The notes below the pieces were generated by a model. That model was not told the origin of the DNA. It was given only the letters and a program-made list of their open reading frames with translations, and did not search any database. Shown here one piece after another: positions 10,012 through 20,697 of a DNA stretch of 64,000 nt (position 1 is the stretch's first letter; each line of letters opens with the position of its first letter). Position numbers and translations under genes: made by a program. The stretch spans positions 4,204 through 68,203 of the forward strand of contig DASYQD010000029.1 in the NCBI GenBank assembly GCA_036005845.1, given 5' to 3'. The DNA is from Thermoanaerobaculia bacterium (GTDB taxonomy: Bacteria; Acidobacteriota; Thermoanaerobaculia; Multivoradales; JAIOJS01).

Positions 10012-11939
10012 CAGCCGGCCTTCGGCGTTCCCTGCGCCATCCCCAGCTCCTCGAGCAGCTGCGGATCGTAGGTGACGCCCAGCCGCTGCCGCCGCTCGTT
10101 GATGAGCGAGGTGAGCAGCGCGTTGACCTGCTCCTGCTCGAGCTGCGCGCGCATCGAGTCCTTCTGCTGCGCGTACTGCGCCGGGTCGAAGCCGGTCTTG
10201 GCCGTCACCTGGTAGAGCAGCGCGCTGCCGGCCACCGACATCGGCCCCGCCACGGCGCCCACCGGCGAGTCCATCGCCGCCTTCACCAGGTCGGGCGCGT
10301 AGCCGATGCCGGGGATGACGCCGGTGCGGCCGAACTCGGGGCTCTCCTGCACGCCGACGCCGAGCTGCGCCGCCACCGCATCGAGCGCGGCGCCGGCGCC
10401 GGCCTTGGCGCGCGCGGCGGCGAGACGGGCGAACGCCTGCTCGCGCTGCTTGTCCTGCTCGGCGCCGCGGCGCACCGCCTCGCGCACCTCGGCGAGCTGC
10501 GGCACGCGCGGCGGCTTGACGTCGGAGACCTGCAACACCACCCAGCCGCGCGGCGTGCGCAGCGGCGCCGAGACGCCGCCCTTCTGCAGCGCGAAGGCGG
10601 CGGTGTTGAGCGCCGGCGCCGAGCCCAGCGGCGCCACCACGCCCTGGCGCGAGAAGGCCTCGGTCTTGCCGATCTCGACGCCGGGCTGCGTCGACAGCTC
10701 CTGCATCTTCTGCCGCGCGTTGGCGCCCGCCTTGGCGAGGTCGGCGGCGTAGGTCTTCGCCTTCTCCTCCGCCTGCCCCTCGGCGCGCTCGGCCGCGAGG
10801 CGGGTGCGCACCGCCTGCTGGACCTCGTCGAACGGCGTCGCGCTGGCGGCGCGCTTCTCGTCCACCCGGATCAGGTGATAGCCGAACTCCGTCTTCACCG
10901 GCCCCACCACCTTGCCGATCGGGGCGGCGAACGCCGCCTGATCGAACGCCGGCACCATGCGGCCGTGACCGAACCAGCCGAGGTCGCCGCCGGTCTTGGC
11001 GTTGCTCGAGTCGGTCGAGACGGCGGCCGCCACCTTGGCGAAGTCCTCGCCCGAGTCGAGCCGCTTCTTCGCCGCCGCCGCCTCTTCCTCGGTCTTCACC
11101 AGGATGTGGCGGGCGCGGACCTGCTCGGGCTGGGCGTACTCCTGCTGGTGTTGCGCGTAGTAGTCGCGCAGCTCGGCCTCGGTGGGCGCGATCGACTGCT
11201 CGAGCTTGCTCTGGTCGACGAGCAGGTAATCGGCGATGCGCTGCTCGGGCACCCGGTACTGCTCGCGGTGGGCGTCGAAGTAGCGCTGCAGGTCGGCGTC
11301 GCTCACCTGCACCTGGCCGACGCTGGCGGCGAAGGGCACGCTGACGTAGCGCAGCTTGACCTTCTCGTTCTGCTCGCGGTAGTGGTCCTCGACGTCCTGG
11401 TCGGAGACGACGACCGAGCGCTGGAGCGCGCTGCGCAGGCGCTGCAGCATGAGCTCCTCGCGCACCTCCTGCTCGAAGGCGTCCGGGGTGTAGCCCAGGC
11501 GGCGCACCATCAGCGGATAGCGCTCGGCGCCGATGAACTTGCCCTCGCTGTCCTGCAGGAACGGCAGGTGGACGATGTAGCGGCGCAGCTCGCGGTCGGA
11601 GACGGCGAGGTCGAGGTCATTGGCCTCGGCGAGGAGGATCTTGTTCGACACCAGCTGGTTCAAGGCCTGCTGCGGCAGCCGCAGCTGCTTGACCAGGTCC
11701 TCGGAGTACTGCGCGCCAAGCTGCTGGCGCATGCGGTCGTCGAGGCGCTGCTTCTCGCGCTCGTACTCCATGCGGGTGATCGGCTGGCCGGCTACCGTCG
11801 CCGCCGCCGCCGTCGGCGAGCCGCTGGCGTAGCGCCCGGCGCGCCCGAAGTCGACGAAGACGAAGAGGACGAAGATGCCGATGACGACCCAGAGGATCCA
11901 GGCCAGGTACTTCATCGAGTCGCGGAGCACTTGCAGCAT
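10011..11939 (-). CDS. ppiD: periplasmic chaperone / peptidyl-prolyl isomerase PpiD
   Basis: N-terminal TM anchor, SurA-like chaperone region and parvulin PPIase domain (ARHILVK..GGDLGWF..), 642 aa. Confidence 0.85.
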   Translation of the reverse strand: MLQVLRDSMKYLAWILWVVIGIFVLFVFVDFGRAGRYASGSPTAAAATVAGQPITRMEYEREKQRLDDRMRQQLGAQYSEDLVKQLRLPQQALNQLVSNKILLAEANDLDLAVSDRELRRYIVHLPFLQDSEGKFIGAERYPLMVRRLGYTPDAFEQEVREELMLQRLRSALQRSVVVSDQDVEDHYREQNEKVKLRYVSVPFAASVGQVQVSDADLQRYFDAHREQYRVPEQRIADYLLVDQSKLEQSIAPTEAELRDYYAQHQQEYAQPEQVRARHILVKTEEEAAAAKKRLDSGEDFAKVAAAVSTDSSNAKTGGDLGWFGHGRMVPAFDQAAFAAPIGKVVGPVKTEFGYHLIRVDEKRAASATPFDEVQQAVRTRLAAERAEGQAEEKAKTYAADLAKAGANARQKMQELSTQPGVEIGKTEAFSRQGVVAPLGSAPALNTAAFALQKGGVSAPLRTPRGWVVLQVSDVKPPRVPQLAEVREAVRRGAEQDKQREQAFARLAAARAKAGAGAALDAVAAQLGVGVQESPEFGRTGVIPGIGYAPDLVKAAMDSPVGAVAGPMSVAGSALLYQVTAKTGFDPAQYAQQKDSMRAQLEQEQVNALLTSLINERRQRLGVTYDPQLLEELGMAQGTPKAG

Positions 11940-12029
11940 GGTGCGGGTTCCTTCCTTGCGCGGACGGGCGCGGGCGGGCCGCGCATTCTACCAAGTGCTA
12001 TATTCCGCCGCTGGTGGAGGCGCCGCGAG

Positions 12030-13454
12030 TTGAGCCCGGGACGCAATGCCCAGAAGCACCGGGACTGGTACAAGATCTCGGTCGACACGCTGCGCGGCTG
12101 GGGGATCTTCCTGCTGCTCCTCCTCGCCGCCGGGGCCGGCTACGTCGGCTTCCGCGCCTGGGAGCGGTACGCCATCCAGCGCGAAGCCGCGCACGCCATC
12201 GACGACGCCCGCGTGCTCTTCCAGCGCCTGCGCAACGAGCGTAGCCTCGCCGGCTTCAAGGCCGAGTACGACGCGGCGTGGAAGGGGATCGAGGACGCCC
12301 GCGTCTTCTACGGCCGCAGCCGCTACGAAGACGCCCTGGCGCGCGCCGAGCGCAGCCGTGAGGTGCTGCTCTCGCTGCTCGACGCGTCGAAGAACAGCCG
12401 CGAGGGCGGTGAGGCGCAGTTCATCGCCGTGCAGGGGCGCGTCGAGTTCCGCCGCGCCGACCGCGCCGACTGGGAGCCGGCGCGCGGCCGCGTCACCCTG
12501 CGCCCCGGCGACTACGTGAAGACCGGCGCCTCGGGCTCGGCCGAGATCATGTTCGGCGACGGCACGCTCTACACCGTGCGCTCCGACACCTTCTTCCTGG
12601 TCAGCCAGCACGACGCCGGCGAGCAGGGCAAGAAGGTGCAACTCCAATACGGCTGGATCGACCTCAACACGGCGCAGAACGGCAGCCGGGTGGCGACGCC
12701 GCAGGCGGAGGCGGTGGTGGCCGAGCAGTCCGAGGCGGTCGTCTCCTACGACGAGGGCAAGCGCGAGGGGCGCTTCTCCACCTACCGCGGCCGCATGGAA
12801 GTGAAGACCGGCGGCGCCGTGCGGCAGGTGGCGGCGCTGCAGACGGTGCGGCAGAGCGCCGACAAGCTGGCGCCGGTGGAGACCCTGCCCGGCCCGCCCA
12901 AGCTCCTGCGGCCCGAGGAGAACGCCGACTTCGACTACGACACGCAGAAGCAGCTACGCCTGGCGTGGGAGGGGGTGGCCGGTGGCGAGCGCTACGCCTT
13001 GCAGGTGTCCAGGAACCGTCTCTTCGTCGACAACGTCATCGACGTCGCCGACCGCCGGACGACCGGCGCCACGCTCGGCCTCCAGGGCGAGGGCACCTTC
13101 CTCTGGCGGGTCGCCGCGGTGGCCGGCGGCAACGTGCGGGGCCCGTGGAGCGCCCCCGGCCGCTTCCGCGTCGTCTCCGGCCGCTCGGGCGCGGGCTCCG
13201 GCGACAAGCAGCCGCCGGAGCTGCAAGTGCAATCCGTACAGTCGTACGGCTCGATCTTCATCGTCGGCGGCCACACCGAGCCCGGCGCCGCGGTGTCGGT
13301 CAACGACGACCCGGTGACGGTGCAGGCCGACGGCACCTTCACCAAGACGATCCAGCTCTCTGCCTCGGGGTGGGCGTTCCTGGAGGTCAAGGCGGTCGAC
13401 GCCTCCGGCAACCAGGCCACCCACCGCACCCGCGTATTCGTGGAAAGCCTGTAA
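12030..13454 (+). CDS. membrane-anchored FecR-domain protein
   Basis: TTG at 12030 with GGAGG 10 nt upstream; single TM (GWGIFLLLLLAAGAGYVGF); FecR-like segment VTLRPGDYVKTGASGSAEIMFGDGTLYTVRSDTFFLV; Ig-like C-terminal region; upstream part of 1149-aa ORF is artefact. Confidence 0.65.
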   Translation: MSPGRNAQKHRDWYKISVDTLRGWGIFLLLLLAAGAGYVGFRAWERYAIQREAAHAIDDARVLFQRLRNERSLAGFKAEYDAAWKGIEDARVFYGRSRYEDALARAERSREVLLSLLDASKNSREGGEAQFIAVQGRVEFRRADRADWEPARGRVTLRPGDYVKTGASGSAEIMFGDGTLYTVRSDTFFLVSQHDAGEQGKKVQLQYGWIDLNTAQNGSRVATPQAEAVVAEQSEAVVSYDEGKREGRFSTYRGRMEVKTGGAVRQVAALQTVRQSADKLAPVETLPGPPKLLRPEENADFDYDTQKQLRLAWEGVAGGERYALQVSRNRLFVDNVIDVADRRTTGATLGLQGEGTFLWRVAAVAGGNVRGPWSAPGRFRVVSGRSGAGSGDKQPPELQVQSVQSYGSIFIVGGHTEPGAAVSVNDDPVTVQADGTFTKTIQLSASGWAFLEVKAVDASGNQATHRTRVFVESL

Positions 13455-14555
<1,101 letters not shown>

Positions 14556-14630
14556 GCGTCCACGCGTGGCGCACGTTCCCATCGACTTCGGCAGCGATCG
14601 GGCGAGACAGACCGGTAGTGACTTCGCCGA

Positions 14631-14690
14631 CCGTCCCCCCACCCGCTAGGTTTCATTTCACCCCTATCCCCCCGTCCCACGCTCATCCGA
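14631..14690 (-). repeat. G-rich intergenic repeat copy R2 (reverse orientation; revcomp core GGGGGGATAGGGGTGAAATGAAACC)
   Basis: Located in the mreB-mreC intergenic region; core matches R1/R4/R5. Confidence 0.65.
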
Positions 14691-14746
14691 AGGCCGACCC
14701 TTTGTCCGCCTGCCGCCAAGGCTCCTTGTCTTTTCGCCGGCCCTGA

Positions 14747-15592
14747 ATGGGATCTCGCGCGTCTCGCTGGCTGCTGGTTCTGCTGCTGCTCGGCGAGCTG
14801 CTGCTGCTCTCGCGCCAAGTGTCGCGGCGCGGCAAGGAAGGGCCGCTGCTCGCCGGCGCCGCCATCGGCGTGCTCGGCCCGGTTGCGCACGGGGTCACCG
14901 GCGTCGAGCACGGCATGGGCTCGCTGGGCTCGGGTTTCCGCACCCGCAAGCGGGTGATGGCGGAGAACGAGGAGCTGCGCCGGCAGGTGGCCGACCTGCA
15001 ACGCCAGCTGCTGCGCCTGCAGACCGTCGAGGGCGCCTTCCTCCGCCTCGGCGAGGCGGTGCAGTACGCCCGCCGCACCCACCAGCCGCTGCAGGTCGCC
15101 GACGTCGTCTACGCCGACTACTCGTCGTGGCTGCGCAGCCTCCTCGTCTACGTCGGCGAGCGCGGCGCCAAGGTCGACCAGCCGGTGATCGACGAGCAGG
15201 GCCTCGTCGGTCGCGTCGTCGCCGTGGGCGGCGGCTACGCCAAGGTGCAGATGGTCACCGACCGCACCTCGGCGGTGGGCGCGATGGTCGAGCGCACCAG
15301 CCGCCAGGGCGTGGCGCGCGGCGACAGCCGCTCGGGGCTGGTGCTCGACTACGTGCCGCTGCAGGCCGACGTGCGCCCCGGCGACCGCGTCATCACCGCC
15401 GGCATCGACGGCATCTATCCGCGCGGCCTGCCCATCGGCGTCGTGCGCGCCGTGCGCCCGGGAACGCAGCTCTTCCACCACGTCGAGGTCATCCCCGCGG
15501 TCGACTTCGGCACCCTCGACCACGTCTACCTGCTGCCCGCCGTCCCCGACGCGCGCGGCCTCTCCGAGACCCTGGCGCGTGACCTTCGTTAA
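14747..15592 (+). CDS. mreC: rod shape-determining protein MreC
   Basis: N-terminal TM, coiled coil, conserved beta-rich MreC C-terminal domain (..GLVGRVV.. ..GDRVITAGIDGIYPRGLPIG..). Confidence 0.9.
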   Translation: MGSRASRWLLVLLLLGELLLLSRQVSRRGKEGPLLAGAAIGVLGPVAHGVTGVEHGMGSLGSGFRTRKRVMAENEELRRQVADLQRQLLRLQTVEGAFLRLGEAVQYARRTHQPLQVADVVYADYSSWLRSLLVYVGERGAKVDQPVIDEQGLVGRVVAVGGGYAKVQMVTDRTSAVGAMVERTSRQGVARGDSRSGLVLDYVPLQADVRPGDRVITAGIDGIYPRGLPIGVVRAVRPGTQLFHHVEVIPAVDFGTLDHVYLLPAVPDARGLSETLARDLR

Positions 15593-16097
15593 GTTCCTCC
15601 TCGCGCTGCTGGCGGCTTACCTGGTGCACCTGGTGGGCGTCTCGGTCTCGCCGCTCTTCGCGCGCGTCGTCGACCCGTTCCTGCTCGTCGTCGTCTGGTA
15701 CTCGCTGCGCACCGGTCCGGTGGCCGGCGAGCTGATCGGCACCGCCACCGGCCTGCTCCAGGACGCGCTCTCGGGCGGCCTCTTCGGCCTCCACGCCTTC
15801 GCCGACACCATCGTCGGCTACGCGGTGGCGCTCGCCGCGCAGCGCGTCGTCGTCGGCCAGCAGGCGGCGCGGGTGCTCATCTTCGCCGCCTCCGCCGCCC
15901 TGCAGCAGATCGTGCTCATCGGGCTTCTGCGCTCGATGGTGGGCGAGAACGCGCCGCTTCCCTCCTTCGGCGCCGTGCTCGGCAAGATCGTCATCACGGT
16001 GCTCCTCGGCGCGGCGCTGATCAGCATGGAGTCGCGGGCGCGCACGGGCTGGAGCTCCTGGCAGCGGCGGCGCTCGCGGATCTTGCGCTTTCGTTGA
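15579..16097 (+). CDS. mreD: rod shape-determining protein MreD
   Basis: Small polytopic membrane protein directly following and overlapping mreC; MreD-like hydrophobic profile. Confidence 0.8.
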   Translation: MTFVKFLLALLAAYLVHLVGVSVSPLFARVVDPFLLVVVWYSLRTGPVAGELIGTATGLLQDALSGGLFGLHAFADTIVGYAVALAAQRVVVGQQAARVLIFAASAALQQIVLIGLLRSMVGENAPLPSFGAVLGKIVITVLLGAALISMESRARTGWSSWQRRRSRILRFR

Positions 16098-17944
16098 GTT
16101 CGTCACTCGGCGGCGTCTGCAAACTGGCGCTGCTGTTGCACAATGGATGGGCGATGGCCAGCATCGTCCGCACGCGCGAGCGCCTGGAGACGATGGCCAC
16201 CCGCGTGCGGGTGGTGTCGGTGCTCGTCGGCATCGCGCTCGCCGCCATCGCCGGCACCTACTGGTGGGTGCAGGGCCTGCACGGCCCCGAGTACCGCGAG
16301 CTGGCCGACAACAACCGGCTGCGCCGCTTTCCGATCCGGGCGCCGCGCGGCATCGTCTTCGACCGCGCCGGCCGGCCGCTGGCGGAGAACGTCCCCAGCT
16401 ACAACCTGCTGCTCGAGCCCGACGCCAGCAACGACGTGCAGAAGAGCCTCGCCTTCGCCGGCGCGATCCTCGAAACCGATCCCGAGCAGCTCCACCGCCT
16501 GCTCGTCGCCCACCGCCGCGAGCGGCCGGTCGATCCGGCGCTCGTCGCCGAGAACCTCACCCTCGCGCAGGTGGCGCGCTTCGAGCTCGCCGCCCTCGAG
16601 CACCCGGAGTTCGAGATCGACGTCCAGCAGCTGCGCCTCTACCGCCATCGCGAGCAGACGGCGCACGTGCTCGGCTACCTCGCCGAGGCGGGGCCGCAGG
16701 AGCTGCAGAGCGGCGAGTACGAGCGCGGCGACATGATCGGCCGCCGCGGCATCGAGAGCCAGTTCGAGCGCCAGCTCCGCGGCAAGGACGGCGACCGCGT
16801 GGTGGTGGTCGACAGCCGCGGCCGCGCCGTCGACGAGTTCCCGCCCGTGCCGCCGACGCCGGGCACCAACCTGAAGCTGTCGATCGACCTCGACCTGCAG
16901 CAGACGGCGCAGCGGCTGCTCGCGGACAGCGTCGGCGCCGTGGTGGCGCTCGACCCGCGAGACGGCCAGATCCTCGCCCTGGCGTCCTCGCCGTCGTACG
17001 ACCCCAACCTCTTCGCCCGCCGGCTGCGCGCCGACGACTGGAAGCGGCTGGCGGAGAACGACCTCCACCCGTTGCAGAACCGTTCGCTGCAGAACACCCA
17101 GCCGCCCGGCTCGACCTTCAAGCCGCTCATCGCGCTCGCCGGGCTCACCGAGCACGTCATCGACCCCAACACCACGTTCTATTGCAGCGGCGCCGCCACC
17201 TTCTACGGCCACTCGCGCCGCTGCTGGCGCCCGCAGGGCCATGGCGCGGTGAACCTGCATGCCGCCATCAGGAACTCCTGCGACGTCTACTTCTACAACG
17301 TCGGCCAGCGCCTGGGCATCGAGCGCATCGCCCGCTACGCACGTCTCTTCGGCCTCGGCGAGCTGACGGGGATCGACATCCCCGGCGAGAAGCCGGGACT
17401 GGTGCCGAACGAGGCGTGGAGCCGCCGTGTACGCAAGATCCCCTGGTACCCCGGCGAGACGATCTCGGTGGCGATCGGCCAGGGGCCGATCCTGCTCACG
17501 CCGCTGCAGCTGGCGGTGATGACGGGGGCGATCGCCACCGGCCGCATCGAGACGCCGCACCTGTTGGAGCGCCCGGCGCCGGCCCGGCCGATCCAGGGGA
17601 TCTCTCGCGCGTCGTTCGCGGCGGTGCGCGAGGGGCTGCAGGCGGTCGTCGACTCCGGCACCGGCCACGCCGCCTTCGTACCGGGGCTGGCGATCGCCGG
17701 CAAGACCGGCACCGCGCAGGTGGTCGCCCAGCACGTCCGGACTCGCGCCGAGGACCTGTCCTTCGAGACCCGCGACCACGCCTGGTTCATCAGCTTCGCG
17801 CCGGTCGAGGACCCGCAGCTCGTCGTCGTCGTCTTCATCGAGCATGGCGGCCACGGGGCCTCTGCAGCGGCGCCCGTCGCCAAAGGGATGTATGAGGAGT
17901 TCCTCAAGAAGCGGCCCGATCTCCGGGTTGCTCCGCCTGCCTGA
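16094..17944 (+). CDS. mrdA: penicillin-binding protein 2 (peptidoglycan D,D-transpeptidase MrdA)
   Basis: STFKP active-site motif (PGSTFKPLIALAG), SCD-like and KTGTA motifs; TTG at 16094 overlapping mreD stop, alternative ATG at 16154. Confidence 0.92.
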   Translation: MSSSLGGVCKLALLLHNGWAMASIVRTRERLETMATRVRVVSVLVGIALAAIAGTYWWVQGLHGPEYRELADNNRLRRFPIRAPRGIVFDRAGRPLAENVPSYNLLLEPDASNDVQKSLAFAGAILETDPEQLHRLLVAHRRERPVDPALVAENLTLAQVARFELAALEHPEFEIDVQQLRLYRHREQTAHVLGYLAEAGPQELQSGEYERGDMIGRRGIESQFERQLRGKDGDRVVVVDSRGRAVDEFPPVPPTPGTNLKLSIDLDLQQTAQRLLADSVGAVVALDPRDGQILALASSPSYDPNLFARRLRADDWKRLAENDLHPLQNRSLQNTQPPGSTFKPLIALAGLTEHVIDPNTTFYCSGAATFYGHSRRCWRPQGHGAVNLHAAIRNSCDVYFYNVGQRLGIERIARYARLFGLGELTGIDIPGEKPGLVPNEAWSRRVRKIPWYPGETISVAIGQGPILLTPLQLAVMTGAIATGRIETPHLLERPAPARPIQGISRASFAAVREGLQAVVDSGTGHAAFVPGLAIAGKTGTAQVVAQHVRTRAEDLSFETRDHAWFISFAPVEDPQLVVVVFIEHGGHGASAAAPVAKGMYEEFLKKRPDLRVAPPA

Positions 17945-19043
17945 GGAGGCAGCCACCGCCGGCATCGGCCGTCTCGCCAGCGTGCGGTGGAGTCTGCTGC
18001 TGGTGGCGCTGATGCTGTCGGTGGTCGGCGCCGCCACGGTGCACAGCGCCAGCGCCGCGATGCCGGTGGAGTACCTGCCGCGCCAGCTCGCCTGGCTCGG
18101 GGCCGGCCTGCTCGTCTTCCTCGTCACCTTCTCGCTCGACTACCAGCGGCTGGCTCTGCTGGCGCTGCCGTTCTACGGCGTCGCGATGGGCCTGCTGGTG
18201 CTGGTGCTCTTCTTCGGCCAGGTGCGCGGCGGCTCGCGGAGCTGGTTCGCCGTCGGCGGCTTCGGCATCCAGCCCTCCGAGGTGGCGAAGGTCGCCACCG
18301 CGATCCTGCTCGCCCAGTACCTCGCCGGCCTCGAAGGCGAGTACCTGCGGCTGCGCGAGATCCTGATCGCCAGCGGCATCGTGCTGCTGCCGATCGCGCT
18401 GCTCTACTTCGAGCCCGACTTGGGCGGCGCGCTGATGTACGTGCCCCTGCTCGTCTCCATGCTGCTGGTGGCGGGAATCAAGAAGCGCTACCTGGTCATC
18501 GCCGCCGCCACGGCGGTGGTGGTCGGCGCTCTCGGCTGGGGCCTCATCCACGACTACCAGCGCGAGCGCGTGCTCACCTTCCTCAACCCGTCGCGCGACC
18601 CGCTCGGCGCCGGCTACCAGGTGCGGCAGAGCAAGATCGCCGTCGGCTCCGGCGAGCTCGTCGGCCGCGGCTACATGCGCGGCACACAGAGCCAGCTTCG
18701 CTTCCTGCCCGCCCGCCACACCGACTTCATCTTCGCCGTGCTCGCAGAGGAGTGGGGCTTCCTCGGCGTCGCCTTCGTGCTCTTCCTCTACGGCTCGTTC
18801 CTCTTCGGCTGCGCGGAGGTGGCAGCCCGCGCCCGCGATCGCCTGGGCATGCTGCTCGCGGTGGGCTTCTTCGCCACCTTCGCCTTCCACGTCCTCTGGA
18901 ACACCGGCATGGTGGTGGGGCTGGCGCCCAACTCCGGCATCCCACTGCCCTTCCTCTCCTACGGCGGCTCGTTCATGCTCTTCTCGTTCGCCGCCACCGG
19001 GCTCGTGCTGGGAGTGGATTTCCGGCGCTACGTGAACCGATAG
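17892..19043 (+). CDS. rodA: peptidoglycan glycosyltransferase RodA (SEDS family)
   Basis: FtsW/RodA/SpoVE family polytopic membrane protein; start uncertain (ATG 17892 with AAGGGA upstream; ORF open from 17844, overlapping mrdA 3' end). Confidence 0.88.
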   Translation: MRSSSRSGPISGLLRLPEEAATAGIGRLASVRWSLLLVALMLSVVGAATVHSASAAMPVEYLPRQLAWLGAGLLVFLVTFSLDYQRLALLALPFYGVAMGLLVLVLFFGQVRGGSRSWFAVGGFGIQPSEVAKVATAILLAQYLAGLEGEYLRLREILIASGIVLLPIALLYFEPDLGGALMYVPLLVSMLLVAGIKKRYLVIAAATAVVVGALGWGLIHDYQRERVLTFLNPSRDPLGAGYQVRQSKIAVGSGELVGRGYMRGTQSQLRFLPARHTDFIFAVLAEEWGFLGVAFVLFLYGSFLFGCAEVAARARDRLGMLLAVGFFATFAFHVLWNTGMVVGLAPNSGIPLPFLSYGGSFMLFSFAATGLVLGVDFRRYVNR

Positions 19044-19071
19044 CGGCGCGCCACGCCGATAGAATCGGCCC

Positions 19072-20697
19072 GTGCCCGCCAACGTGCCCGCCAAGATGCT
19101 GGTCGAGCAGGACCCGCACCAGACGCGTGTCGCCGTCCTCGAGGACGACAAGCTCGCCGAGCTGTTCATCGAGCGGCAGGGCGCGCGCGGCGTTGTCGGC
19201 AACGTCTACAAGGGGCGGGTGTCGCGCGTGCTGCCCGGGATGCAGGCGGCGTTCGTCGACATCGGGCTCGAGCGCGACGCCTTCCTTTACGTCGCCGACG
19301 TGCGCGAGGAGCTGACCGAGCTCGAGGACGTCGAGCTGGGCGACGAGCGCAATGGTGGCAATGGCGATCGCACGGGCCACGGCGAACCGAGGGGCGAGCC
19401 AGAGGCGAGCGCCGACGTCGTGGAGCGGCTGCCCGGGCCTCCGGGTAGCCGCGGAATCAACGGCGAGCGTGCGCACGGCGACCGCTCGCACGAAGGCCCA
19501 TCGATCGACGAGCTGTTGCGCGCCGGCCAAGAGATCGTCGTGCAGGCGCTCAAGGACCCGCTGCCCAACAAGGGCGCCCGCGTCTCGACCCACGTCACGC
19601 TCCCCGGCCGCTATCTCGTCTACGCGCCCACCGGCCACCACCGCGGCGTCTCGCGCCGCATCGAAGACGCCGACGAGCGCGCGCGCCTCCGCGAGCTGGC
19701 GCTCGGCCTCGGCATCCCCGGCGGCTGGATCGTACGCACCGCGGCCGAGGGCAAGGGCGAGGAGGAGTTCCGCCAGGACGCCGCGTTCCTGACCGGCATG
19801 TGGGAGCGCCTCTCGGCGCGCGCCGCGCGGGCGTCGGGCGGCACCGTGCTGCACTACGACCTCGACGTCGCGCTGCGCACCGTGCGCGACACCTTCGGGC
19901 CCGAGTTCTCGGTGCTCTGGGTGGAGGGCGAGGAGACCTACACGCGCATCGTCGAGTTCCTGGACCAGGTGCAGCCGCTGCTGCTCGACCGCGTGCGCCT
20001 CTACCGCCAGGAGCGGCCGCTCTTCGAGCGCTTCGGCATCGACGAGGCGATCGAGGAGGCGCTGAAGCCAAAGGTCTGGCTCAAGTCGGGCGGCCACATC
20101 GTCATCAACCCGACCGAGGCGCTGGTGGCGATCGACGTCAACACCGGCCGCTTCGTCGGCGGCCAGAACCTCGAGGAGACGATCCTCCACACCAACCTCG
20201 AGGCGGTGGGCGAGATCGTGCGCCAGATCCGCTTGCGCAACCTCGGCGGCATCCTGGTGCTCGACCTGATCGACATGACCGTGCCCGAGCACAGGCAGCA
20301 GGTGTTCGCCGCGCTGGAAGAAGAGCTGCGCCGGGATCGCGCCAAGAACAAAGTGCTTTCCATTTCGGAGTTTGGATTGGTCGAGCTGACGCGCAAGCGC
20401 AGCCGGCCTAGCCTGGAGCGGCAACTGACGCAGCCGTGCCCGTACTGCGAATCGCGCGGCCGCATCAAGTCGGCGACGTCGGTGGCGTTCGCCGTGCGAA
20501 AGCAGGTGCTGCGGCACTGCGCGCTGCATCCTGGCGCGCGCGAGGTGCTCGTCCGCTTGAACCCCGAGGTCGCCCGCGCGCTGCAGCAGGAACAGCACGC
20601 CGTCGTCGACGAGCTCGAGCGCCAGCTCGGCATCAACCTCGTCCTCCAGGCCGACGCCGCGATGCACCACGAGCGCTACGACGTGCTCGAGGTGTGA
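19072..20697 (+). CDS. rng: ribonuclease E/G family protein (RNase G-like)
   Basis: S1 domain plus RNase E/G catalytic core; conserved position downstream of mre cluster; contains an acidic/Gly-rich insertion (~19320-19520). Confidence 0.9.
   Translation: MPANVPAKMLVEQDPHQTRVAVLEDDKLAELFIERQGARGVVGNVYKGRVSRVLPGMQAAFVDIGLERDAFLYVADVREELTELEDVELGDERNGGNGDRTGHGEPRGEPEASADVVERLPGPPGSRGINGERAHGDRSHEGPSIDELLRAGQEIVVQALKDPLPNKGARVSTHVTLPGRYLVYAPTGHHRGVSRRIEDADERARLRELALGLGIPGGWIVRTAAEGKGEEEFRQDAAFLTGMWERLSARAARASGGTVLHYDLDVALRTVRDTFGPEFSVLWVEGEETYTRIVEFLDQVQPLLLDRVRLYRQERPLFERFGIDEAIEEALKPKVWLKSGGHIVINPTEALVAIDVNTGRFVGGQNLEETILHTNLEAVGEIVRQIRLRNLGGILVLDLIDMTVPEHRQQVFAALEEELRRDRAKNKVLSISEFGLVELTRKRSRPSLERQLTQPCPYCESRGRIKSATSVAFAVRKQVLRHCALHPGAREVLVRLNPEVARALQQEQHAVVDELERQLGINLVLQADAAMHHERYDVLEV

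Noticed and set aside
10005-12029. Upstream 675 codons of the 1149-aa plus-strand ORF (10005-13454)
   Set aside because: It is entirely antisense to the well-supported ppiD gene. The real gene starts at TTG 12030, which has a GGAGG RBS and a TM helix. Long open antisense frames are expected at 70% GC.
16103-19202. Long minus-strand ORFs (674 aa, 432 aa) across mrdA/rodA
   Set aside because: They are antisense to strongly supported mrdA and rodA and have high-GC artefact composition.
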